Source: an uncultured virus (IMG/VR IMGVR_UViG_3300023705_000157) (taxonomy: Duplodnaviria > Heunggongvirae > Uroviricota > Caudoviricetes). From it: DNA of 20,000 nt. Positions 1 through 9,106 of the stretch are shown one piece after another (position 1 is the stretch's first letter; each line of letters opens with the position of its first letter). The notes under the pieces are model-generated. The model worked only from the letters and a program-made list of their open reading frames with translations, was not told the origin of the DNA and made no database searches. The translations under genes were made by a program, and so were the position numbers. The stretch is taken from the IMG/VR virus record IMGVR_UViG_3300023705_000157; one strand, written 5' to 3'.

Positions 1-3000
1 GACGATTACGTCCAGAAAGAGGCGTATGTCTACAATGACGGCTACAGCGCCAACGGGGAAAACGGCACGCAGCGGGCGCAGAACGTCATTGAATGGGATT
101 TTCCCGGCATCACGTCGTGGGACAAAATCTGGCAGCAAGGCCGCCTGTATATGGCCCGCGCCCTGCATCGGCAGATGACCGTCACCATCAACACGGACTG
201 GGAATGGCTGGCCTGCCACCGGGGCGACCTTGTGGGCGTGGCGTCGGACGTGCTGATGAACGTGTTTGGCTGCGCCCGCGTGCTGCGGCTGGCCTACGCC
301 GTGGACGGGGAAACCGTGCTGGTGGGGCCGGACGATGCCGCGCCGGAGGGCCTGCCCGTGGGCGTGGAACTGGACGACAGCATCCTTTTTGACGAACCCG
401 CCCCGGCCCGCTACGGCATCGCCTTGCGCTCGAATACGGGCGCGCTGACCACGTTGGAACTGCTGCCGCAGTACGGGCAGGAGGCGGCGCTGGTCATGTT
501 CCGCAATCCCCTGCAGTCCGCCGCGCAGGTGCCGCCCTTCGGGGCGCTCTGCACCGTCTCCCTGCTGGGCGAGGAATACGACGAATACCTTGTGGCGTCC
601 ATCAGCCCCGGTGACAATCTGGGCGCGGAACTGACGCTTGTGCCGTACAAGATGGACGAGATCGAGGCCGCCATCTCCGGGGAGATCCCTTCATATGAGG
701 AATCCGTGCTTCTGGACGTGGTGCGCGGGCGGAAACTGCCGACGCCGACCATCAGCCTTGTGCGGAGCGACGAGACGGTTCTGGAGATGCTGGGAGGCGA
801 GGTATCCCCCCGCATCGCCGTCTGGTGGAAGATGCCCGCCATGAACGTCAATGCGTCCACATTGTCCTATCAGGCGCGGGCCGCGCTGGTAACGCAGGAG
901 GATGAGGACGGGGATACGGTGTACCTGCTGGGCAATGCCCCCGGCACAGACCCCTTCGTAGGCATCTCTCATGTGGAGGAGGGGGCCGTCTACAATGTGC
1001 AGATCCGCGCCACAAATCCGGCTACGGGCGTCACCTCCGAATGGTCTGACCCGGTGCAGCACGCCGTCGTGGGGCGGACGACCGTCCCCCCGTCACCGCG
1101 CAACGTGACCATCACGCCCAATGCCCCGGCGGGGTTGCTCATTGCGTGGGACGCCGTGGCCGTGTTCGACCTCGACCATTATGAAGTGCAGGGGCCACTC
1201 AGGTTTTTACAGACGACAAAAGAAACGTCTGTCACTATGGCCCCAAACCAGTTGACCGGAGAACTGACATTCCTCGTTTTTGCCATAGACGTTCTGGGCC
1301 TGCGTTCAGCGCCTGCGCGGTCGACCTACACCGTGCTGCCCCCTGCCGCGCCGGTCGTTGCGGACGCCCTGCTCATGGATGACGGCATCGAAATGTCGTG
1401 GAGCAATGCCCAGACCACATGGCCCATTGACCTGTATGTGATGCAGTGCGGCAACAAACAGGCGACCAGCCTTGAAACGCAGGGCATCTGTCCCGTGCCG
1501 CAGAACTTTGAGCGCGGAGATACGGTTACGGTTAGGGCCAGAGACATCTTCCGCAATGTCGGCGACTGGTCTGAACCATTCCAAGTGAGAATCATCCCCC
1601 CTGCCAAGCCCATACTGACGCTTGGCGTGTCGGCAGACGGCAACGTTCAGGTTTCGTGGCAGGACTGCAAGACCACAACCACCATCGCCCGCTACATTCT
1701 GGAAGGGGCTATCAGCGGTTCCACGGCGGGCCTGTCCGCAGAAATCTCCGTCAAGGACATTCTCTGGACGACCATCGAGGAAATGGGCGTGACCTACCGC
1801 ATCGGCGCGGTCACCGTCTATGTGACGGCAGAGGACAAGTACGGTTTTCAGGGGGAACGCGGCGGCCAGACCTATCTCATCTACCCCCCGTATAATCCTG
1901 TCCTGACCATGCGGATTCAGTCGGACGGCCTGTACCTGACATGGCAGGATTGCACACGGACGTTCGCGCTCGACCACTACGTCGTCTTCGACGAATACTA
2001 CAATGAAACCTTTGTGGTGGACGGCACGTCGCAGCTTCTGAAGCCGCGCCCCGCAGGCGTCTACAACTTCTATGTTCAGGCATTCGACGTGGTGGGCAAC
2101 TATTCGTCGCGCATGATGCTCTCCAACTATACCATCTACGGCGTGGGGGCCGTACAAGCTGCGGCGGTCATTGACGGCGCGGATATCCTGCTGTCGTGGG
2201 CCTTACCATCGACCACCTTCCCGATGGACTACTACACCATCTATGACATGCACGGTGTGGAGATGGGGAAGGCGAAAGTGAACTACTTCCGCTTCCCCGC
2301 CCCGGTTGCCGGGGCGTACGAGTACAGCATTGTCGGGCGGGATGTCGCGGGCAATATCGGTTTGGAGGGAGTGCGGGCCGCCATAACCATAAACGTGCCC
2401 CTCGCGCCAACTGTCAGCGCGTCTTTGGCAGGGGAAGGCGTGGCCCTTACGTGGTATGCGGACGCGGGCGAAAACACCCTGCCGGTGATTGCGTGGGACG
2501 TGATTCGGCAGTGGGAAGTGGAGAGGGGTGACGGCGTTATAGAAACCAAGGAGGAAGACTACGGGCGGCTGGACGTGAACACCCTGACCGTCCCTGCCAT
2601 GAGTACCGGCGAGCACACGTTCATGGTGCGCGGCATCGACAGCGCGGGCAACGTGGGGCCGTGGGGTTATGTCGACTTCAACGTGCAGGGGCCGGGGCGC
2701 GTCACCTTTGTCAACTGCGCTACCATTGACAACAACGTGATGCTGTACTGGACGGAGCCTGACAGGATATTCTTCCCCATTGCCTACTACCTGTTCGAGG
2801 AAATCGAGGACGGCGAATACAGCATGGAGATAGGCCGCATTGATGCCCTGTTCACCAGCAGCTTCGAGAGCAAGTCCGGCCTCTACACCTATGGCATCAC
2901 GCCCGTGGACGTGGCAGGCAACAGGGGCGAGCGTTCGACCATCGCAATGCAGGTGGCGCAGCCCCCGGATTTCATCCTGTACCACGACCTTGATTCCCTG

Positions 3001-3735
3001 TTCAACGGCACACGGACGAATTTCGTTCTGGATGGCGTAGGCAACATGATCGGCCCCTACGCCGACGCCACATGGCAGGAGAACCTCGACGCCATTGCCG
3101 CCCTGCACGGCAGCACGGCAGAAGATATTACTTGGCAGAACAAGATAGGCTACGGCTATGAATACTTCCCAGACCCGCCCGCCGCGTCGGCGACCTATGT
3201 TGAGGTGGTGGACGTGGGGACGATTGTCCCGTCAACGAGGATAGCCGTCACCATCACCAGCCGTGCATTGTCCGGTGACCCGGACTTTTCGTGCAAAATT
3301 GAGGTTAGCACGGACAATGCGACATGGCGGGAAATCAGCGACGACGCCCTTATGGTGTACGCGACGCAGTTCAGGTATGTCCGCTACACTATCGGCTGCA
3401 CCGGCGGCGTGGCAGTCATTTCCAACATCAACTACAACTTGAGCGTAAAGCGTCTGACGGACTTTGGGCATGTTACGTCCAACGCCTCTGACAATGGTGA
3501 GGGCTATGTAGACGACCAGACAACACCCATGCTCAAGGGGACGTGGGTTCCCTTCAACGTATCTTTCACGGATGTGGAATCGCTGCCCAAGCCGAACGTG
3601 GTTAATAACGAAAATTATACGGCGTACACCACCTTCGAGGACGTGCTGAACCCCACAGGATTCAGGGTGTATGTGCTGGACAAGAACGGCAACCGTGTTA
3701 CCGCTGAAGTCGACTGGGTCGCCTACGGCGTGTAA
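1..3735 (+). CDS. Phage tail-tip / host-specificity (J-like) protein with tandem fibronectin type III-like repeats; start lies upstream of the window
   Basis: Frame 1 is open from base 1 (DDYVQKEAYVYNDGY...), so the track start at 151 is internal. About 8 repeats end in an FN3-like motif (VFAIDVLGLRS, VRARDIFRNVG, VTAEDKYGFQG, VQAFDVVGNYS, IVGRDVAGNIG, VRGIDSAGNVG, ITPVDVAGNRG). J-like 'CHRGDLVGVASD' segment. Directly upstream of a tail fibre gene. Confidence 0.85.
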   Translation, partial: DDYVQKEAYVYNDGYSANGENGTQRAQNVIEWDFPGITSWDKIWQQGRLYMARALHRQMTVTINTDWEWLACHRGDLVGVASDVLMNVFGCARVLRLAYAVDGETVLVGPDDAAPEGLPVGVELDDSILFDEPAPARYGIALRSNTGALTTLELLPQYGQEAALVMFRNPLQSAAQVPPFGALCTVSLLGEEYDEYLVASISPGDNLGAELTLVPYKMDEIEAAISGEIPSYEESVLLDVVRGRKLPTPTISLVRSDETVLEMLGGEVSPRIAVWWKMPAMNVNASTLSYQARAALVTQEDEDGDTVYLLGNAPGTDPFVGISHVEEGAVYNVQIRATNPATGVTSEWSDPVQHAVVGRTTVPPSPRNVTITPNAPAGLLIAWDAVAVFDLDHYEVQGPLRFLQTTKETSVTMAPNQLTGELTFLVFAIDVLGLRSAPARSTYTVLPPAAPVVADALLMDDGIEMSWSNAQTTWPIDLYVMQCGNKQATSLETQGICPVPQNFERGDTVTVRARDIFRNVGDWSEPFQVRIIPPAKPILTLGVSADGNVQVSWQDCKTTTTIARYILEGAISGSTAGLSAEISVKDILWTTIEEMGVTYRIGAVTVYVTAEDKYGFQGERGGQTYLIYPPYNPVLTMRIQSDGLYLTWQDCTRTFALDHYVVFDEYYNETFVVDGTSQLLKPRPAGVYNFYVQAFDVVGNYSSRMMLSNYTIYGVGAVQAAAVIDGADILLSWALPSTTFPMDYYTIYDMHGVEMGKAKVNYFRFPAPVAGAYEYSIVGRDVAGNIGLEGVRAAITINVPLAPTVSASLAGEGVALTWYADAGENTLPVIAWDVIRQWEVERGDGVIETKEEDYGRLDVNTLTVPAMSTGEHTFMVRGIDSAGNVGPWGYVDFNVQGPGRVTFVNCATIDNNVMLYWTEPDRIFFPIAYYLFEEIEDGEYSMEIGRIDALFTSSFESKSGLYTYGITPVDVAGNRGERSTIAMQVAQPPDFILYHDLDSLFNGTRTNFVLDGVGNMIGPYADATWQENLDAIAALHGSTAEDITWQNKIGYGYEYFPDPPAASATYVEVVDVGTIVPSTRIAVTITSRALSGDPDFSCKIEVSTDNATWREISDDALMVYATQFRYVRYTIGCTGGVAVISNINYNLSVKRLTDFGHVTSNASDNGEGYVDDQTTPMLKGTWVPFNVSFTDVESLPKPNVVNNENYTAYTTFEDVLNPTGFRVYVLDKNGNRVTAEVDWVAYGV

Positions 3736-3746
3736 AGGAGAATATC

Positions 3747-6737
3747 ATGGCTACATCGTGGAACATTCCCGCGCTCGTTAACAAAATTGCGTCAGACATT
3801 CCCGGTCTGAACACCCTGCTGAAAGCCCTGCTCAAGTGGGACACCTCTGGCACAGCGAACATTCCCACCGGCGCGAAGCGCATGGCGAACGTGACCGGCG
3901 GCAAGCAGTTGCAGCAGTATGACGGGGCTTCATGGGGTAGCACAGGCAAGCTGATGCACGATGTGGACATGCTCGACGGCTTCCATGCCAGTCAGAGCCA
4001 GACGGCGGGCACAATCCCTGTCAGAAATGCCAATGGCGCGGTTCCCGGCAACATCACGGGCAACGCCGCGACAGCCACGGAAGCGTCCGCTCTCGCCAAT
4101 GATTACGTCGTCCCTGTTGCCAACGGCGGCACGGGGGCCAATACGGAGGCCGGGGCGCGTCAGGCGCTCGGTACGAATAATGCCGGCAACATTACCACGG
4201 GGGTTCTGGCGACGGCTAGAGGCGGTACTGGCAGGACAGATGGCATGGTTACTGATGTTATGCTGGCAGATTACAATGTCAGCGCAACTAGCGTTGGACA
4301 ACTTGGCAAAGCCGCTCAGAAAAATGCTGTGGGTGCAGATACGCTGATTGTTCCGGGCATTTATTACTGTTCTGGTTGTACTGTCGAACTGAATTGGCCT
4401 ACTTCTGGTTCTTATATACTTCATGTCAGACGGTATAATAATGTGGTACATCAGGTTGCTTACGGTATAGGCATCTCTCAATATAAGAGAGTTTCTACCG
4501 ATACTGGAGCATCATGGAGCAAATGGCATGGTGATTATTTTGGTGATGGAAATATAACAATCTATGTTGCAAAAAATGGTTCAGATACAAATACTGGTAT
4601 AACAGCAGATAGCCCGTTACTTACTGTTGAAAAAGCACTTCAACAGGCTTCTGCTATTGGCAATAGCGGAACTGTTATTTTCAGATTTGGTGCGGGAGAA
4701 TGGGGAACTGTTACCATCTCTGGTGATGGTATGACTTCGGGTTATGTTGCTGTGTTGCCGTTTACTGACGGTTATTCCGCGACAGACCCGGGCAATAGCA
4801 AGCCAAAATTCGATTCGTTATCGCTTACTAATGGACAGTTTCAGATAAGCAATATAGAAGTAAAATATCTCCACTCTCGTGATGCTTTTGTTTATGTGCG
4901 TTATTACAACAAAATATCAAGAGTAGGTTCCACCAGTGGCACATATATTAGGTTTGAAGGTGGAACCCTTGATGTTAAGGTAGATTCTTCTATCTCTGTT
5001 GGTGGTGTTTTTTCGGTACAGGATGGTGGTCACATATATGTGAACGAACCAGTGGCTTTAGAAAGTGGCTTGACATATCCCTGTTTTGTAAACAGCGCAC
5101 AATCCTCTGGTTTCTTCCACATTGGAAACAGTTTTTCATGCACTGGTACATATACAGGGATAAAATTCAATGTCAATGAATTTGCTCATTTGTCATTCTT
5201 TTATAGAGCTGCAAGCAATACCGTGAACAGCCTTCCCGGTACAGGCTCGACGATTTATGGTGGGGTGAGCTACAATGGAATACCTGCCAAGTCTACAGTT
5301 GCTACTAAATTAGAAACATCCCGCACAATAAGAACAAATCTTGCCAGCACGATAGCCACTAGCTTTGATGGTTCTGAAAATGTTACGCCGGGTGTTGATG
5401 GTGTTCTTCCCATTGCTAATGGTGGCACTGGCAGTTCGACGAAGAATTTTGTTGATTTGGATTCAGCGCAAACAGTCGGTGGTGTTAAAACATTCACTAG
5501 CACGATTAAGGCATCTATAGCCACTACAAATAACAATGTCAGCTATTCTGAATGTAAAGATACAGCTTTAGATATAAGCACAGCCCCGTCCAATACAAGA
5601 TATAGAGCTTTGGCTCAAGTTGTTGACATCAATAATAGACCGGCACACACACTACAAGGAAGTTCAGGCACAGATGGTAGTGTATCAACTTATTTAACAG
5701 CTCGCCGCTGGCTCAACAATGCTCTTTCTATAGCGCAACTCACTGTTGGTGTGGATAACAATGGTTCTAAATGGGCATCTTGCCCGACCCCGCCAGCAAA
5801 TGCAAACGATGGAAAAATAGCAACTACGGAGTGGGTTCGTACTGCTATGAACAATCAAAACTTAACTGGTAATATAACGACAAGTGGCCGTGTGACCGCG
5901 ACCAGTGGTCTGAGCACAAGTGGCAACTTGGATATTACTGGTAATGTGGTAATCACGGCGGCATATAAAGGTATCATAACTAAATCAACAAGAATACCAA
6001 CGAAAGCCTCTGGCGACGCCCCTAGTGTAGATGCTTATGCCTATTTGTGGAAGTACGGCGGTTTGGATGTTGTCGAGGCTGATAATTCAGGAACTTGTGT
6101 AGATATTTTAGGAGCAATGTTCCCAGATTTCTCTACACGAGGTATAATTCGAGTTTTCAATCGTTCTAATGGCGATTTTGCACATTTGACAGTAATCAAC
6201 GAATCAAACGAACACACAACTATTACAAACGCTCATCTTCACAGTGGCACATCAAATGTCTATTCTCTCGGTCGCCCAAGCAGACTTTGGAGTGTTGTCT
6301 ATGCGGCTAATGGTAGCATTCAAACATCTGATGAACGTAAGAAAGAAGAAATTGGCAGAATCCCAGACGAGGTTCTTGACGCTTGGGAAGATGTTAATTT
6401 CAGGCAATTCAAATACGATTGGGCAAAAGAGGAAAAAGGCGACAATGCCAGATTACATTCTGGTCTGATTGCTCAAGAAATAGACAGAATTTTTACTGCC
6501 AAGGGCTTAGATGCCTCACAATATGGCCTCTATTGCTACGATAAATGGGATGCGAAAGATGCTGTAAAAGATGAAAACGGCACAGTCATAGAGGAGGCGT
6601 TAGAGGCAGGGGATGCGTATGCCATCCGATATGAAGAAGCTCTTTGCATGGAGGCCGCATATCAACGCCGTAGGGCCGACAGGCTAGAAGAACGTGTGGC
6701 TCGACTTGAGGAATTGGTTGCTAGACTGATGAAGTAA
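3747..6737 (+). CDS. Phage tail fibre/tailspike with C-terminal intramolecular chaperone (peptidase S74-type) domain
   Basis: RBS AAGGAG before the ATG. Three GGTG fibre repeats (VVPVANGGTG, VLATARGGTG, VLPIANGGTG), a knob-like '...STDTGASWSKW', a beta-helix entry-like 'IYVAKNGSDTNTG..SPLLTVEKA', and a C-terminal 'TSDERKK...HSGLIAQ...IRYEEAL' followed by a coiled coil. Confidence 0.9.
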   Translation: MATSWNIPALVNKIASDIPGLNTLLKALLKWDTSGTANIPTGAKRMANVTGGKQLQQYDGASWGSTGKLMHDVDMLDGFHASQSQTAGTIPVRNANGAVPGNITGNAATATEASALANDYVVPVANGGTGANTEAGARQALGTNNAGNITTGVLATARGGTGRTDGMVTDVMLADYNVSATSVGQLGKAAQKNAVGADTLIVPGIYYCSGCTVELNWPTSGSYILHVRRYNNVVHQVAYGIGISQYKRVSTDTGASWSKWHGDYFGDGNITIYVAKNGSDTNTGITADSPLLTVEKALQQASAIGNSGTVIFRFGAGEWGTVTISGDGMTSGYVAVLPFTDGYSATDPGNSKPKFDSLSLTNGQFQISNIEVKYLHSRDAFVYVRYYNKISRVGSTSGTYIRFEGGTLDVKVDSSISVGGVFSVQDGGHIYVNEPVALESGLTYPCFVNSAQSSGFFHIGNSFSCTGTYTGIKFNVNEFAHLSFFYRAASNTVNSLPGTGSTIYGGVSYNGIPAKSTVATKLETSRTIRTNLASTIATSFDGSENVTPGVDGVLPIANGGTGSSTKNFVDLDSAQTVGGVKTFTSTIKASIATTNNNVSYSECKDTALDISTAPSNTRYRALAQVVDINNRPAHTLQGSSGTDGSVSTYLTARRWLNNALSIAQLTVGVDNNGSKWASCPTPPANANDGKIATTEWVRTAMNNQNLTGNITTSGRVTATSGLSTSGNLDITGNVVITAAYKGIITKSTRIPTKASGDAPSVDAYAYLWKYGGLDVVEADNSGTCVDILGAMFPDFSTRGIIRVFNRSNGDFAHLTVINESNEHTTITNAHLHSGTSNVYSLGRPSRLWSVVYAANGSIQTSDERKKEEIGRIPDEVLDAWEDVNFRQFKYDWAKEEKGDNARLHSGLIAQEIDRIFTAKGLDASQYGLYCYDKWDAKDAVKDENGTVIEEALEAGDAYAIRYEEALCMEAAYQRRRADRLEERVARLEELVARLMK

Positions 6738-6748
6738 GGGGGTAAGTC

Positions 6749-6862
6749 ATGATTCATGCGCTCATCACAACGATATTTTGCTGTGTTGTCTGGTTGCTAA
6801 ATCTTCCTTCGTTATTGTGTTTGTTACCAGCAGCATTTTATATCGGACGGGAGTTCGCGCAG
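6749..6862 (+). pseudogene. N-terminal fragment of a small phage membrane protein (MIHALITT...FYIGREFAQ), fused in frame to an unrelated fragment
   Basis: Hydrophobic, AT-rich N-terminus with an RBS (AAGGGGG). Composition and protein character change abruptly after REFAQ. Confidence 0.5.
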
Positions 6863-7225
6863 GACATCCCGGCGGAGACAGGGCAGCACGTCGAGTTTTT
6901 TGACTGCTTGCTGGAAGATGGCGGGCGGCGCTTTCCGGAAGTGCAGGACGGCATGGAGTGCCTGTTGCATGACTGCCTGATTCGCAACTGGGGCGCGCCT
7001 GACAGGTTCACGGTGCGGAATTTCGGCGCGTGGGCGCATGCTGGCGGGAAAATCGACGCGGTGGGGTGTGTGTTCTGGCAGGATGAGTTTTGGAGACCGT
7101 GGAAGCAATTCTGGGCCGATTTGATAGACCACATCGGACAGGCATGGAACGACGAAGGGATACGCGGGCTGCTGCGGCCCACGACCTACCTTCCTGGCGT
7201 CTGCCGGGGCCTGCTGGCGACGGAC
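6863..7225 (+). pseudogene. Internal fragment of a phage protein with pectate-lyase/beta-helix-like character
   Basis: GC-rich segment 'VEFFDCLLEDGGRRFPEVQDGMECLLHDCLIRNWG' with repeated xxDCxx beta-coil-like units. It has no start or stop of its own. Confidence 0.4.
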
Positions 7226-8069
7226 GGCGTTTCCATCGGGCAGTCCGGCGGTGTCCTGTCTGTCCTCGATGTGCCTGTTGCAGGGAACACCACTGACCTT
7301 GCTTCCGGCCGTGGCCAGATAGGCAGAACTGCCATTCCGGTTGAACTGGCAGACCTCGACACCCTGATTGCGGACGGCTGGTACGCCATTTCTGGCGAAA
7401 CACTGAATCTGCCGGAAGGCGTGACCGAGGGGGTATGTCGGGCGTCTTCCGGCTTTACGTCCGGCACGGTTGTGCAGACCATGTTCACCTATGACGGCAC
7501 CCCCCCGCGTCTATGTGCGCTCTACGACGGATGCCGGGCAGAGCTGGACATCGTGGGCTGAATGCCTGTTCCTCGGAGCTGTCGGGGAGGGGCTGCATTT
7601 CGAGAACGGCGCGCTCTCCCTCAATACCGAGGGCGGCGCGAGTCTCGTACCGGCCATCACAGAGGAAGACGAGGACAAGGTGCTGTCCGGGGCTGGCACA
7701 TGGGTGGAACGGGCCACCCCGGAAGACGTGCAGCTCCTGACAGATTCGCTGAACAGGCTGGACGAAAGGGTGGCCGCGCTGGGTGTGGCGCTTGCCGAGG
7801 TGCGGGCCATTGCCGGAGCCGTCCCGGACGGTTCGACGATTGAGGTGGTGGACGGTGCGCTGTCTGTTCCTACGTACACCGGCGCGACTGATGAGGATGA
7901 CGGCGCTGCTGGTCTGGTGCCCGCCGCTGAGACTGACGAACGGGCGTTATATCTCCGTGGTGACGGCACATGGAGCGACCCGGTGGCCGCCCTGCTTGAA
8001 CGGATTGCTTCGCTGGAAACGGCGGTGGCAGCCCTGACTTCCCCGAACTCCGAGGAGGAACTGTTGTAA
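7226..8069 (+). pseudogene. C-terminal part of a second tail-fibre-like gene, 5'-truncated and frameshifted at a C7 tract (7500-7506)
   Basis: 'GQIG...LDTLIADGWY...' followed across a frameshift by 'RVYVRSTTDAGQSWTSW' parallels 'GQLG...ADTLIVPGIY...KRVSTDTGASWSKW' of the upstream fibre. Contains the fibre motif 'GATDEDDGAAGLVPA...YLRGDGTW'. Confidence 0.7.
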
Positions 8070-8245
8070 TCTTTCTGTCCCTGATGTTTCTGGCCGTTCC
8101 GGCCCGACGCAAGCTGCTGGCCCGTCTGCGCCAGAAGCTGCACCCCGGCGGGGCAATCATCGTGTTTGACAAGCTGGTGCCGCCCGGCGGTTATCCCGCT
8201 ACGGTGTGGGCCCGCCTTACATGGGCATCCAAGCTGGACAACGGT
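8063..8245 (+). pseudogene. Internal fragment of a CmoA-like class I SAM-dependent methyltransferase
   Basis: Frame reads VVIFLSLMFLAVPARRKLLARLRQKLHPGGAIIVFDK, matching the 'F.L.F....R..LL..I...L.PGG..I..EK' region of CmoA-type enzymes. SAM-binding motif I and the C-terminus are absent. Confidence 0.65.
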
Positions 8246-8288
8246 GGGGGGATATGTGATCTTTCAAGGCGGGAATGAGGCGGGACGG

Positions 8289-8355
8289 TTGCACATATTG
8301 CTGCACATACCGCGTGAAGGAGGATTGGGGCCTTTTTGCACATATTTTGGACATA
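8289..8355 (+). promoter_or_regulatory. Putative tyrosine-integrase arm-type binding sites (two pairs of TGCACATA-like direct repeats)
   Basis: TTGCACATATTGCTGCACATA (8289-8309) and TTGCACATATTTTGGACATA (8336-8355) lie about 50-120 bp before the tRNA fragment. Confidence 0.6.
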
Positions 8356-8406
8356 TTACACGCAGAAAAGCCCAATCATTATAGCTGGTTGTATGCGGAT
8401 TTACCC

Positions 8407-8453
8407 CCCTTACAAGGCGGGGGCCACAGGTTCAAGTCCTGTACTGCCCACCA
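8407..8453 (+). tRNA. 3' half of tRNA-Val(TAC), a displaced fragment forming the prophage attR core; not an intact tRNA
   Basis: CTTACAA anticodon loop, GGCGG, GGGCC, T arm ACAGG-TTCAAGT-CCTGT, acceptor 3' strand ACTGCCC and ACCA. No D arm or GGGCAGT 5' strand upstream. Confidence 0.85.
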
Positions 8454-8461
8454 AGGATTAC

Positions 8462-8494
8462 AAGGGGTTGCAAGCACTGCTTGCAACCCCTTTT
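8462..8494 (+). terminator. Hairpin terminator following the tRNA 3' end
   Basis: Perfect 14 bp stem AAGGGGTTGCAAGC / GCTTGCAACCCCTT with a 3 nt loop, running into a T tract. Confidence 0.8.
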
Positions 8495-8525
8495 CTATTG
8501 TCCACGCACCATTCCCCACACCAAT

Positions 8526-9032
8526 TCGGATAATTTGGGGTACCAATCTGCATACATCAAAGCGGTTGATGACAAGCAAGCAGAAATTCTTGCCGGACTT
8601 AATGGGAAGAAGTTGGCAATTATCATGTCTGGCCTTGGTGGTAATACTGGCTCCGGCATTACTCCATATGTTGCTGCACTTGCCAAAGAGCATGAAATAT
8701 GCGTTGTTGTTATGGCATTAACACCATTTTCATTTGAAGGATCAACGAGAAATAAAATTTCAAATGAATCGTTGGATAAAATTTCTAATAATTCTGATTG
8801 CATATTTTGCATAAAAAATGACATCTTTCTTTCGGTTGCTCCCAAGGGGGCAACATTTTCAGAAATGATGCAGAAACCATATGAATATATCAACAAGTAT
8901 ATAGATATAATCACAAGTATTGAAGTTGAAAAGTTGAGGGAAATCCTGAACAAAAATAGTTTGCCTACACATGTGGAATTTGATAGCGAAACAGAATCAA
9001 TATTGAAAAATTCAATTAGTTTGCCGGATTAG
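8526..9032 (+). pseudogene. Divergent FtsZ/tubulin-family GTPase-domain gene, apparently 5'-truncated
   Basis: Tubulin signature variant GLGGNTGSG, plus TPFSFEGSTR and CIKND motifs. The N-terminal GxGGxG (T1) region and the FtsZ C-terminal domain are absent. The track start (TTG 8481) lies inside the terminator. AT-rich. Confidence 0.8.
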
Positions 9033-9106
9033 TGGTATTTTATCATTCTATTTTGTGTTATTGAAATAATTATATACATATATTACGACCAAGAAAAACG
9101 AGATGA

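Larger units (their letters stand above)
1..8453 (+). mobile_element. Right end of a partly degraded prophage integrated in tRNA-Val
   Basis: Tail genes, then fragments, arm repeats and the tRNA 3' fragment. Confidence 0.8.

Noticed and set aside
1306..3108. Long minus-strand ORFs (283 and 301 aa)
   Set aside because: Antisense shadows of the GC-rich tail gene with no recognisable motifs.
6749..7561. A single genuine 270 aa protein
   Set aside because: Composition and motifs indicate three fused gene fragments ending in a frameshifted tail.
3747..8069. Diversity-generating retroelement or invertible tail-fibre shufflon
   Set aside because: No reverse transcriptase or invertase, no adenine-variant TR/VR pair and no inverted fibre cassettes seen by eye. 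The two knob regions are similar only at protein level.
8380..8453. Intact tRNA-Val gene
   Set aside because: No 5' acceptor strand (GGGCAGT) or D arm upstream, and the 5' anticodon stem is mismatched. Only the 3' half is present.
8481..9032. Host cell-division ftsZ
   Set aside because: Too short, AT-rich, lacks the N-terminal motif, C-terminal domain and tail, and has no dcw neighbours.
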